Shown: positions 9,322-20,237 of the stretch, piece after piece | Position numbering within the stretch: the stretch's first letter is position 1 | How the letters are laid out: every line of letters begins with the position of its first letter | Source of the DNA: Desulfomicrobium sp. | GTDB taxonomy: Bacteria; Desulfobacterota; Desulfovibrionia; Desulfovibrionales; Desulfomicrobiaceae | Assembly (NCBI GenBank): GCA_040768745.1 | Contig: JAXGMI010000001.1 | Location: 224,001 to 288,000, forward strand | Reading direction: 5' to 3' | Length of the DNA: 64,000 nt | Translations under genes and position numbers: made by a program | The notes under the pieces: generated by a model | Told to the model about the DNA's origin: nothing | The model's database searches: none | Seen by the model: the letters and a program-made list of their open reading frames with translations, nothing else

Positions 9322-12300
9322 CCCAAGTTTGACAGCAATATCGAGCTTATTTGTTTAAAATTAGGATATTATCGCTTCGGCGCTAGTTGGAGTTTACACT
9401 ACATTTCCTTTTTCTCCACGGGTCGGGATCGGAGGGGCGCCCAGGGTGCGCAAGATCTTCTTCTGCGCTTCCGTGGGGCGACTAGGGGTCATCAGCTTCT
9501 GTTCTCCGACCATGATCTCCCCCATCTTGATCTGACGCAGAAGGCGGATGGCTGTCGGCACAGACACTGCCATTCCTTTGAGCTTGTTGCGCATCCAGCG
9601 CTCTAACTGCAATGCGATCACGCAGACAAACACATGTGCCCTGATTCGCTCCTCAGTCCAGTGATACACAGGGCGTAGTTCCAAGGTGCTTTTGAGCGCT
9701 CTCCATCCCCGTTCAATTTCAGCAAGCTCTTTGTAATGTTTGATAATGTCTGCGCATGGTGCATCCATGTCGGTTGTTTCGAGGTAAGCGCTCACCTGTC
9801 CGCATCTATCCATAAATTTTTCATGTGAGATAATGGGCCTCCAATTCAAGGAGGTCTTCATGAAATCTCAATTTGCACAGAATCACGCGGCACGCTGGAT
9901 GGCGCATGTCCGGCAATGGCGGGAGAGTGGCCTCGGCAAGACCCGATACTGTCGCGAAAATGGTTTGGCTTTGAGCACGTTCCAATACTGGATAACAAAG
10001 TCCCGATCATCTTCTGGTGGCGAATCCACCTCAATTCCTGCTCTTGTGGCGTTGCCGCTTACGTTCGCCTCGAAAGCCCCGTCCATTGGCCTGCTGGTCG
10101 GTAAGCGTTACGCTCTCGATATCCCGGCTGACTTCGACGAAGCCACGCTGACCAAGCTGCTGACCGTGCTGGAAGCCCGATGCTGAGGGTGCCCGCGGCC
10201 AAGGTCTATCTCGCCCCCGGTACCACGGACATGCGCGCCGGCATCGACAGACTGAGCATGACGGCCCAGGGCATTCTCGATCTGGACCCCTTTTCCGGAC
10301 ACCTCTTTGTCTTCTGCAACCGCAGGCGCGACGCCATCAAGGTGCTGTACTGGGATCGCAACGGCTTCTGCCTCTGGCACAAGCGCCTGGAGAAGCATCG
10401 ATTCTGCTGGCCCGAGCGGGCGTCAGAGGTCATGAATATCACCCCGCAACAGCTTGGCTGGCTCCTCGATGGACTCACGCTCACGCCGCAAGGAGCACAT
10501 CAGCGGTTGTACTACAGATCGGTTCTATAGTGACAAATATCTTGCTATTTCAAGATATTATTGCTAAATATTCTTGCATGGGAGACATCGAGAACCTTCC
10601 CGATGACATCGGGCAACTCAAGCATCTGGTCTGGGATTACTACCAGCAAAACCGCCATCTCCAGGATCGCGTGGCCCTGTTGCAGGCCGCCCTGTATGCT
10701 CCCAAGTCCGAGAAATCCAAAGACCTCTACCAAGGCATCCTACCTCTGCCCTTGGTTAGGATCGCAGAGGCGAAGCCTGCGGAAATGCCCGTCGTCGAAG
10801 TCCCGGCCCACACCAGAGCCAAGCGGGGACGCAAGCCTCTGCCGGATCACCTGCCGCGCATCGAAGTCGTTCACGATCTGCCCGAAGACCAGAAACTCTG
10901 CTCTTGCGGAGCCTGCCTGAAGCGCATCGGCGAAGAAGTCTCCGAAAAGCTCGATTACGTCCCGGCCGTCATGCGGGTAGAACGCCATATCCGCCCGAAG
11001 TACGCCTGTCCGGCCTGCGACGGAGAGGAGGGTATGCCGGTGGTGCGTATCGCACCCATGCCGCCGCAGATCATCCCCAAGGGCATCGCCACGCCGAGCC
11101 TCTTGGCCCAGGTCATTACCGCCAAGTTCGTCGATGCCATGCCGTTCTACCGCCAGACCAAGCAGTTTGCCCGCTTGGGCGTGGACATCCCGCGTCATTC
11201 CATGTCCGGATGGGCCATGGCCGTGGCCAAGGCGCTGGAGCCGCTCCATGAACTGTTCCAGGCGGAAATCCGCTCCGGCCCGGTCATCAACATGGACGAA
11301 ACCACACTGCAAGTACTCAACGAACCAGGGCGATCCGATACTTCCACATCGTATCTGTGGCTCTTCCGTGGCGGCAATCCAGATCGGCCGACCGTGGTCT
11401 ATTGCTACGACCCGACCAGGTCGGGCTCTGTCCCCAAGGAGTATCTGGGCGAGTACAAGGGCTACATCCAGACCGACGGCTACTCCGGGTACCAGGCTCT
11501 CGGCGAATCGGACGGCATCATCCATGTCGGTTGCATGGCCCACATCCGTCGTAAGTTCATGGACGTCCAGAAAGCGACCTCAAAGAAGATCACGCACGGG
11601 ACGGCCAAGGAAATCCTGGATCTCATCGGTCTGCTCTACAAGGTCGAGCACAATATCAAAGAACTGGAGCCGGAGGAAAAGGTACCAATGCGCTTGGAGC
11701 AAGCAGTTCCCATCCTCAACGCAATACGGGCCATCCTCGACGAGCGCATCGACCACGTCCCGCCCAAAAGCCTGCTCGGACAGGCCATGACCTACGCCCG
11801 CAACCAGTGGAGCCGGGCCGTGCGCTACGTGGACTGCGGATTGCTCACGCCCGACAACAACACGGCCGAGAACGCCATCCGCCCCGTGGCCCTGGGCCGG
11901 AAGAACTGGCTCTTTGCCGGAGTCCCCAAGGGCGCTGACGCCAGCGCCATGCTCTTTTCCCTGGTGGAAACCGCCAAGGCCAACGAGATCGAGCCCCAAG
12001 CCTACCTGAAATTCCTCTTCGAACGCTTCCCGCAGCACGGACCACGGAAGACATGCGGGCGCTCATGCCGCAGCACGTGGACAAATCCCTTCTCCCAAGC
12101 CTTCCCAAGCCCAAGCCTCGCAAAAAGTAAGACTTCTGCTCATATCACACATCACAGGCACGTCCCAGGAAGATGCGGATGCCTGAGCGCTTACGTTTCG
12201 AGAAGCAAGACGCCATCGATCTTTTCCTCCCAAGCCCTGCGTTTCCTGTGGGCCTTGACGATGACCTGATCCTGAGTGAGCGCAACTTGGAACAATGAGA

Positions 12301-13616
12301 GCAAGCCCTTGTCACGCAGGTAATCCCTGATGCGGTCGTATTGACCCTGTGGGCTTGGTTTGCGTCCCTTGCCTGACCTTGGGGCGAGTATTTCCCGGAT
12401 CTTGGCATCGGCCTTGGCAAGGCGCTCCTGGCGGTTCGCCTTGGTTTCGGCTGCGATCTTCGGAGAATAGGCCATAACGAACCGGACCCCGCTGCGAACT
12501 TCCTCGACAATCTCCTCGTCCTGCCCATTAAACGAGATCTTAAGACGCAACGCCTCGATCACGCTCCGCGCCTCCTCTCCACGACGCAATGGATGCGCCA
12601 CGATGAAGCCGAATTCCTCGGCCAGCAACGTCTCGAGATTTTGGTCCGAGAGCATTCCCCTGTCCCCGACAAACACCACGCTGCGTAGCTTGAAGCGAGT
12701 CTTCAGATCCTTCACCACCTCAACCACAGTGGTCTTATCCACGGTGTTCCCCGGAAAGACATGGTGGCAAAGCGGTATGCCGTCCTTGCCCATGACCACG
12801 CCGATGGTGATTTGGCGCCGATCAAACCGGCCATCGCGACTGTATCCGAAGCGCCGAATGTCATCCTCCACCAACGATCGATCCCCGTCGAACCATGTGG
12901 AAGTGATGTCATAGAAGAGCAGGTCGCCTTCCCAATGCGCCTTGGGCATGAAGCGCTTGGCTATCAAGGGCTCCAAAGCTTCCTTCGCATCCAGCAATCT
13001 ATCCATGGCGCGCAGGAGATGGTGATAGGCCGGGCGGTGTTGCTCAAATCCAGAAAGCCAGACGCCATCGAGCCAATCCAGTAGCGCCAGTTTGGAGCAC
13101 GGATCGCAGAGTCGATTGACGATCAGCAACTTGATCAGTTCAGCATAATCCATCCCGGCCCCGGTCTTTACTCCTGCACGGGCCAGGGCTTTGGAGAGTC
13201 CCAGGATTTCCCAGAGATGTTTGACCGCGTGAACATGTCCGAAATCACGTGCAAACGTGAGGAGCGGCGGTCCAGTCTGAACCGGGTCTCGACCGAGAGC
13301 TTTCTGGAAGCCAGCGATGAGTCTCTCGACCTGGTCTTCGCCCAAACTCTCGATAGTGCCGAGATGAGCCAGGATGCGTGTGCGCGGAGATCCGCCTTTC
13401 TCGGGATCACGGAAAGATTCCGCGATCTGAAGATGGCGGTAGACTTTGTCGCCTCGTTTCTGCTTGGCTATTCGTACAAACATAAACTACGAGTAGCATT
13501 ATTATTCATGAATAGCAATGTTTATGTCTATTTTGTACGTACTACAAATTGGGCATTAAAAAACAATATAAGTCATAACTTCGAGGTGTTAGCCTCAGGC
13601 CGCTGTCAAACTTGGG
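9322..13616 (-). mobile_element. IS1634-family element inserted in the outer IS66 tnpC; its transposase (13483-12195 + 9783-9394) is itself interrupted
   Basis: 15-bp IR CCCAAGTTTGACAGC; 6-bp TSD GGGACG (9316-9321, 13617-13622); YDITS, GYSRD, VGDRG, IERGWR.LK..LELRPVYH motifs. Confidence 0.92.
9784..12194 (+). mobile_element. IS66-family element, inner copy (tnpA 9833-10186, tnpB 10180-10530, tnpC ~10578-12129)
   Basis: GTAAGCGCTCA termini; 8-bp TSD GTTTCGAG (9776-9783, 12195-12202); DMRAGIDRL, DET, TDGY, DNNTAENAIR. Confidence 0.95.
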
Positions 13617-15793
13617 GGGACGTGGTCGATGCGCTCGTCGAGGATGGCCCGTATTGCGTTGAGGATGGGAACTGCTTGCTCCAAGCGCATTGGTACCTTT
13701 TCCTCCGGCTCCAGTTCTTTGATATTGTGCTCGACCTTGTAGAGCAGACCGATGAGATCCAGGATTTCCTTGGCCGTCCCGTGCGTGATCTTCTTTGAGG
13801 TCGCTTTCTGGACGTCCATGAACTTACGACGGATGTGGGCCATGCAACCGACATGGATGATGCCGTCCGATTCGCCGAGAGCCTGGTACCCGGAGTAGCC
13901 GTCGGTCTGGATGTAGCCCTTGTACTCGCCCAGATACTCCTTGGGGACAGAGCCCGACCTGGTCGGGTCGTAGCAATAGACCACGGTCGGCCGATCTGGA
14001 TTGCCGCCACGGAAGAGCCACAGATACGATGTGGAAGTATCGGATCGCCCTGGTTCGTTGAGTACTTGCAGTGTGGTTTCGTCCATGTTGATGACCGGGC
14101 CGGAGCGGATTTCCGCCTGGAACAGTTCATGGAGCGGCTCCAGCGCCTTGGCCACGGCCATGGCCCATCCGGACATGGAATGACGCGGGATGTCCACGCC
14201 CAAGCGGGCAAACTGCTTGGTCTGGCGGTAGAACGGCATGGCATCGACGAACTTGGCGGTAATGACCTGGGCCAAGAGGCTCGGCGTGGCGATGCCCTTG
14301 GGGATGATCTGCGGCGGCATGGGTGCGATACGCACCACCGGCATACCCTCCTCTCCGTCGCAGGCCGGACAGGCGTACTTCGGGCGGATATGGCGTTCTA
14401 CCCGCATGACGGCCGGGACGTAATCGAGCTTTTCGGAGACTTCTTCGCCGATGCGCTTCAGGCAGGCTCCGCAAGAGCAGAGTTTCTGGTCTTCGGGCAG
14501 ATCGTGAACGACTTCGATGCGCGGCAGGTGATCCGGCAGAGGCTTGCGTCCCCGCTTGGCTCTGGTGTGGGCCGGGACTTCGACGACGGGCATTTCCGCA
14601 GGCTTCGCCTCTGCGATCCTAACCAAGGGCAGAGGTAGGATGCCTTGGTAGAGGTCTTTGGATTTCTCGGACTTGGGAGCATACAGGGCGGCCTGCAACA
14701 GGGCCACGCGATCCTGGAGATGGCGGTTTTGCTGGTAGTAATCCCAGACCAGATGCTTGAGTTGCCCGATGTCATCGGGAAGGTTCTCGATGTCTCCCAT
14801 GCAAGAATATTTAGCAATAATATCTTGAAATAGCAAGATATTTGTCACTATAGAACCGATCTGTAGTACAACCGCTGATGTGCTCCTTGCGGCGTGAGCG
14901 TGAGTCCATCGAGGAGCCAGCCAAGCTGTTGCGGGGTGATATTCATGACCTCTGACGCCCGCTCGGGCCAGCAGAATCGATGCTTCTCCAGGCGCTTGTG
15001 CCAGAGGCAGAAGCCGTTGCGATCCCAGTACAGCACCTTGATGGCGTCGCGCCTGCGGTTGCAGAAGACAAAGAGGTGTCCGGAAAAGGGGTCCAGATCG
15101 AGAATGCCCTGGGCCGTCATGCTCAGTCTGTCGATGCCGGCGCGCATGTCCGTGGTACCGGGGGCGAGATAGACCTTGGCCGCGGGCACCCTCAGCATCG
15201 GGCTTCCAGCACGGTCAGCAGCTTGGTCAGCGTGGCTTCGTCGAAGTCAGCCGGGATATCGAGAGCGTAACGCTTACCGACCAGCAGGCCAATGGACGGG
15301 GCTTTCGAGGCGAACGTAAGCGGCAACGCCACAAGAGCAGGAATTGAGGTGGATTCGCCACCAGAAGATGATCGGGACTTTGTTATCCAGTATTGGAACG
15401 TGCTCAAAGCCAAACCATTTTCGCGACAGTATCGGGTCTTGCCGAGGCCACTCTCCCGCCATTGCCGGACATGCGCCATCCAGCGTGCCGCGTGATTCTG
15501 TGCAAATTGAGATTTCATGAAGACCTCCTTGAATTGGAGGCCCATTATCTCACATGAAAAATTTATGGATAGATGCGGACAGGTGAGCGCTTACAAAGAG
15601 TCAGATGTTTATGAAATTATCGACGAGTCTTCATCTGTTGATGAATTAAAAAAGCAAGCCGTCTATTATGCGAGAAATCTAGGGGAAACAGAACACGCAT
15701 GGACTTATGGTATAGATTCTTCTGGTAAATCTTGTGCGCCTTTTGAACTAGAGGTAAATGATAGTTTATACTTTGTAATTAAAGATTACTGAA

Positions 15794-16336
15794 GTGCACA
15801 CTATGGACGCGAATAAGGTACTTATCCCTATTCCTAATCAATATAAAAATTTGCGCGACAATTTGAGGCTTTATGGATATGAACTTGTAGCTTTTTCAGA
15901 TAGATATGATTTATATCTAGATAAAGTTACCGACTGCGGCACTACATCAAGAGACCGCCTAAGATATTTAAAACAACATAACCTTTTTGGTATATTTAGA
16001 ATTTTATCAATAGATGCAACTACTCATACCATTATTATTGACAAACCTTTGTTCTTGAAGGGCAATAGAATTCCATATTGTTTTGCTGAAAATGAAGTTT
16101 TATTCAAAGTTTCTTCATTTATTGAGCATATAAAGCCATTAAAAGCAAGAGATTTAATACCAGATAATTTTGTATCTGCATTTTTTGCTATAGTCGGAGC
16201 GCCTGTTGTAATCCCAATGGCTTTATTTTTTGGAGGAAAGTCTATTGTTGATAGATCATTAATGTCATTTAGGGAAAATAAATTTTGCAAAAATATAGAT
16301 AAAATTCCAGATATTCCGCAATTCAAGTCAAATTAA
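15794..16336 (+). CDS. AT-rich hypothetical protein with one C-terminal hydrophobic segment
   Basis: 180-aa ORF, low GC, FVSAFFAIVGAPVVIPMALFF. Confidence 0.6.
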   Translation: MHTMDANKVLIPIPNQYKNLRDNLRLYGYELVAFSDRYDLYLDKVTDCGTTSRDRLRYLKQHNLFGIFRILSIDATTHTIIIDKPLFLKGNRIPYCFAENEVLFKVSSFIEHIKPLKARDLIPDNFVSAFFAIVGAPVVIPMALFFGGKSIVDRSLMSFRENKFCKNIDKIPDIPQFKSN

Positions 16337-16517
16337 AAAGCCCCAACCGAATCCGGGGCAGAAGAAGGAAGAACTATCGTGTCAGCCCGCCGAATTTTCT
16401 TTAGTAATCATGCCTAAACTTGTCACCCTCATTGAGCTTGGCAACGCCTTCCGAGCTGAGTGGAAATATTTCGTGTAAATGGTCAGTTGTCGATAATCGA
16501 CCCCGGAAAACGGGGGT

Positions 16518-16578
16518 TTATGGTCCGGGGGATGAAGAGGCTATCGAAAGGCATATGGCGATCCTTGAGGCAGCTTGA
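16518..16578 (+). repeat. ~61-bp direct repeat, copy 2
   Basis: TTATGGTCCGGGGGATG...GAGGCAGCTTGA. Confidence 0.92.
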
Positions 16579-16732
16579 TAACCATGCTTTGAAGGTGTAT
16601 CTTCAAAGCCAAGTTGGTTAGATTTTGGTGTAGAGAGTCTTTGGACAATTGGCTGTGCCAACCTGAGTTTTTCCTTTAAATATTAGTTAGCTAATGTGTC
16701 ACGGGGGCGAGTCTCCCCTTCCACCAAACGAG

Positions 16733-16777
16733 AAAAAACGAAGGTCCCATTTTTTTCAATGGGACCTTCGTTTTTTG
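16733..16777. terminator. Bidirectional intrinsic terminator (probably the original tRNA terminator)
   Basis: AAAAAACGAAGGTCCCATT...AATGGGACCTTCGTTTTTT immediately after the att copy. Confidence 0.8.
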
Positions 16778-16799
16778 CTTTCATGTCCTGCAGACCTGC

Positions 16800-17453
16800 T
16801 TATCCGAGTATGCGCATCAACTCCATGGGGTGGGCAATGGTCTCCCTGGCCCCGGCCATGCGCAGCTCCTCCCCGGTCCGGAACCCCCACAACACGCCTA
16901 TGGGATACATGCCCGCATTGACTGCGGTGAACATGTCCACGTCCGTGTCGCCCAGATAGAGGACCTCTTCCGGCAATACCCCGAGATACCGGAGCAACTG
17001 CCGAGGGGCGGTCGGGTCGGGCTTGACCGGAACTCCCAGCTGCTGGCCTAGAATCAGCCCGAACGGCCATCCTGACAGGAACTCGTGCACACATAGCTCG
17101 GCAAAGGCCTGAGGCTTGTTGGTCAATACAGCCAAGGCCAGATTCCTGGAACACAGAGCATCCAGCAGACCAGATATCCCCTCATAGAGCCTGGTTTTTG
17201 TTTTCCAGTTGGCCCCGTATTCGCTCAGAAAGGCTTCCAGACTGCGACGCCTGATGGATCCCTCCTGTGCCTCGGCAGGCAGGGCGCGGGCCACGAGCTG
17301 GCCTGCCCCGCTGCCCACGAAACGGCGGTAGGATTCCACGGGATGCGTCGGAAAACCTTGCCGTTCCAGCACCCTGTTCATGGCCTCCGCCAGATCCTCC
17401 AAGGTATCCAACAGGGTGCCGTCCATATCGAAAACAACTGCCTTGCAGCGCAT
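16800..17453 (-). CDS. HAD-family hydrolase (phosphoglycolate phosphatase-like)
   Basis: FDMDGTLLDT, LTNK, KPDP, LGDTDVD. Confidence 0.92.
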   Translation of the reverse strand: MRCKAVVFDMDGTLLDTLEDLAEAMNRVLERQGFPTHPVESYRRFVGSGAGQLVARALPAEAQEGSIRRRSLEAFLSEYGANWKTKTRLYEGISGLLDALCSRNLALAVLTNKPQAFAELCVHEFLSGWPFGLILGQQLGVPVKPDPTAPRQLLRYLGVLPEEVLYLGDTDVDMFTAVNAGMYPIGVLWGFRTGEELRMAGARETIAHPMELMRILG

Positions 17454-17729
17454 GTTCGTTTCCCTCCGCCATTTCCGATTGGTGAACACATTGGGGCGAC
17501 CCGCATTCCCAGAGCCGCAAAGTTCGTCCTTCGGCTGCGTGCATCCCCACCGCTCGGGATGCGCAGACAAAACGCGTGCTGCGCATCGGAAATGGGATAC
17601 CGTTGATGATCAGTGCAGGCCAGGGCTGCCATGTCCACAAGAGAGGGGGAGGCCTGGCCGCAACCGGACCGCAGAAAAAAAGCGGGCCACTGCGGACCCG
17701 CCCTTCATGCGTCGGAATTTGCGGCCTGT

Positions 17730-18437
17730 CTACCCGCCCAGATAGGCCTTGATGACCCGTTCGTCCTTCAGGAGTTCCTCGCCCGTACCCTGCAGCACGA
17801 TGCTCCCTGTCTCCAGCACGTAGGCATGATGGGCCACTTTCAGGGCCGCAAAGGCGTTCTGTTCCACCAGAAGGACCGTCTTCCCCTGCTCCTCGTTGAT
17901 GAGCCGGATGATCTTGAACACGTCGTTGACCAGCAGGGGCGCCAGGCCCAGGGACGGTTCGTCCAGCATGACCACGTCAGGGGAGCTCATCAGTGCCCGG
18001 GCCACGGCCAGCATCTGCTGTTCACCGCCGGACAGGGTCCCGCCCTTCTGATTCTGGCGTTCGCGCAGGCGGGGGAAGAGATCAAAGGCCCACTCCTTGT
18101 CCCGCTCGATGCCGTCCCTGTCGGAACGGCTGTAGGCGCCCAGGTACAGGTTCTCGGTCACGCTCAGATGCGGAAAGATGCGCCTGCCCTCGGGAGACAT
18201 GACGATGCCGGCCTTGACGATCTCCACCGGATCGAGGCTGGTGATATCCCGGTCCTTGTAGGTGATGGTCCCTTTTTTGTGTTTGATGAGCCCGGAAATG
18301 GCCCGCAGCGTGCTGCTCTTGCCCGCTCCGTTGGCCCCGATGAGGGTCACGATCCGGCCCCTGGGCGCTTCCAGGGAAATGCCTTTGAGGGCATGGATGC
18401 CCCCGTAATAGACGTGCAAGTCGTGGATCTTAAGCAT
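17730..18437 (-). CDS. livF: Branched-chain amino acid ABC transporter ATPase
   Basis: GANGAGKS, LSGGEQQM, LDEPSLGLAP. Confidence 0.92.
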   Translation of the reverse strand: MLKIHDLHVYYGGIHALKGISLEAPRGRIVTLIGANGAGKSSTLRAISGLIKHKKGTITYKDRDITSLDPVEIVKAGIVMSPEGRRIFPHLSVTENLYLGAYSRSDRDGIERDKEWAFDLFPRLRERQNQKGGTLSGGEQQMLAVARALMSSPDVVMLDEPSLGLAPLLVNDVFKIIRLINEEQGKTVLLVEQNAFAALKVAHHAYVLETGSIVLQGTGEELLKDERVIKAYLGG

Positions 18438-19209
18438 GCTGAACGTACTCCTCACCCAGATAGGCTTCAATGACCTTGGGATTGGACTGGATGGCCGAGG
18501 GCGAGCCCTCGGCGATGGTCACCCCGTAATCCAGGACCCAGATATGCTCGCACACGCCCATGACCACCTTCATGTCGTGCTCGATCAGGAGAATGGTCAG
18601 GTCGAAACGGGAGCGGATGGTGCGGATGAATTCCATGAGCTCCAACGATTCCTGCGGGTTCATGCCTGCAGCCGGCTCGTCCAGGAGCAGGAAGTGTGGC
18701 TGGGTGGCCAGGGCGCGGGCGATCTCCAACCGGCGCTGGGCCCCGTAAGGCAGGCTGTTGGCCTTTTCCCCGGCAATGTCTGCCAGGCCCACCACGTCCA
18801 GCAACTCCATGCCCCGGGTCCGGATGGCCCTTTCCTCGCTGAAAGAGGCCGGAAGCATGAGCACCGATTGGACCCAGCCGGTCTTCTGGCGCACGAAATT
18901 GCCGATCATGACGTTTTCCAGGGCCGTTTCGTTGCCGAAGAGGCGGATGTTCTGAAAGGTGCGCGCGATGCCGGCCCGGCAGACCTGATGCGGCGACTTG
19001 CCCGTCAGCTCCCGGCCCTGAAAAAAGACCTGCCCTTCCGTGGGCCGATAAAACCCCGTGATCATGTTGAAACAGGTGGTCTTGCCCGCCCCGTTGGGAC
19101 CGATCAGGCCCGTGATGCTCCCCTGGGGGATGCTGGCGCTGAACTCCGACACGGCGGTCAGTCCGCCGAAGCGCATGGTCAGGTTCCTGGTCTCCAGAAT
19201 CGTGCTCAT
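18430..19209 (-). CDS. livG: Branched-chain amino acid ABC transporter ATPase
   Basis: GPNGAGKT, LPYGAQRRLE, LDEPAAGMN, IEHDM. Confidence 0.92.
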   Translation of the reverse strand: MSTILETRNLTMRFGGLTAVSEFSASIPQGSITGLIGPNGAGKTTCFNMITGFYRPTEGQVFFQGRELTGKSPHQVCRAGIARTFQNIRLFGNETALENVMIGNFVRQKTGWVQSVLMLPASFSEERAIRTRGMELLDVVGLADIAGEKANSLPYGAQRRLEIARALATQPHFLLLDEPAAGMNPQESLELMEFIRTIRSRFDLTILLIEHDMKVVMGVCEHIWVLDYGVTIAEGSPSAIQSNPKVIEAYLGEEYVQHA

Positions 19210-20237
19210 GCCCCACCTCGCTTCATCAATTTGGCCAACCCGGCCCAGGTGATCTCCCGCATGCCCATGATGCCCTCGCGGCGAAAGAGAATGACCAGGA
19301 TCAGCACCAGGGAAAAGACCACCATGCGCATGCCCGGAATGCCCGGCATGGTCCATTCGCCGATGGTCACGGGGTTCTCCACGAACCTGAGCCATTCGAG
19401 CACCACCGTGATGCCGATGCCGGCCAGGATGGACCCGGTGATGGACCCCAGGCCGCCGGTGACCACGATCATGAGCACGTTGAAGGTCAGGGTGAAGAGG
19501 AACATCTTGGGATCGATGGTGGTCAGCAGACTGGCCAGGAGGGCTCCCCCCACTCCGGCGAAGAAGGCGCCAATGGTGAAGGACAGGAGCTTGATGCGGA
19601 AGACATTGATGCCCATGGCCTTTGCTGCGGTCTCGTCGTCGCGGATGGCCTTGAAGACGTTGCCCGTGTTGCTGCCCAGGATGCGGATGACGAAATACAG
19701 GGTCAACAGGCACCAGCCATAGTTCCACCACAGGTTGGCGTGATCCGGGATGCCCTTGAAACCGAGGGCCCCGTTGGTGACGCGGGGGATGTTGTTGGCG
19801 ATGACCCGCACGATCTCGGCGAATCCCAGGGTGGCGATGCCCAGGTAGTCGTCGCCCAGACGCAACAGCGGCGCGCCGATGACAAGGCCGAAGAGGGCGG
19901 CCACCACGCCGCCCGCCACCACGGCCACCAGGAAGGGCGCGTGGGAGTCCTGCACCCAGGGGTAGGCCTCCTGCAGGATGAAGAGAGTCATCTTCTGGTC
20001 CGGGGTCATGATCAGGATGGAGCAGACATAGGCCCCGATGGCCATGAAGCCGGCATGCCCCAGACTGAACATGCCCGTGAACCCGTAAATGAGGTTCAGG
20101 GACAGGGCCAGGATGATGTTCACGGCGATGAGGTTCAGGATCTGGATCTTGTAGCCGTCCAGGGAGCCCTGGGCCCACCACAGAAAAAGGCCCAGGCAGG
20201 CCACCAGGGCCAGGTTCAGAAATATGGTGCCTTTCAT
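19206..20237 (-). CDS. livM: Branched-chain amino acid ABC transporter permease
   Basis: SLGHAGFMAIGAY, DYLGIATLGFAE. Confidence 0.92.
   Translation of the reverse strand: MKGTIFLNLALVACLGLFLWWAQGSLDGYKIQILNLIAVNIILALSLNLIYGFTGMFSLGHAGFMAIGAYVCSILIMTPDQKMTLFILQEAYPWVQDSHAPFLVAVVAGGVVAALFGLVIGAPLLRLGDDYLGIATLGFAEIVRVIANNIPRVTNGALGFKGIPDHANLWWNYGWCLLTLYFVIRILGSNTGNVFKAIRDDETAAKAMGINVFRIKLLSFTIGAFFAGVGGALLASLLTTIDPKMFLFTLTFNVLMIVVTGGLGSITGSILAGIGITVVLEWLRFVENPVTIGEWTMPGIPGMRMVVFSLVLILVILFRREGIMGMREITWAGLAKLMKRGGA

Larger units (their letters stand above)
8883..15594 (-). mobile_element. IS66-family element, outer copy (tnpA 15192-15545, tnpB 14848-15198, tnpC split by IS1634)
   Basis: GTAAGCGCTCA termini; 8-bp TSD AAAGAGTC at 8875-8882 and 15595-15602; tnpC pieces ~14800-13617 and 9321-8946. 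Confidence 0.95.
8827..15792 (+). pseudogene. Small (~80 aa) AT-rich hypothetical gene split by the IS66 stack (8827-8882 + 15603-15792)
   Basis: Removing 8883-15602 restores MEDKMKLYKRIVSNNIKESDVYEIIDE...YFVIKDY*. Confidence 0.75.
6126..16727. mobile_element. Decayed integrative island at the 3' end of tRNA-Leu(CAG)
   Basis: CGAGTCTCCCCTTC (6126-6139) repeated at 16708-16721 followed by CACCAA; integrase fragment next to the tRNA; AT-rich cargo. Confidence 0.85.

Noticed and set aside
8599..16578. 61-bp repeat pair as a DGR template/variable repeat
   Set aside because: There is no reverse transcriptase, and the mismatches are synonymous and not adenine-specific in one direction.
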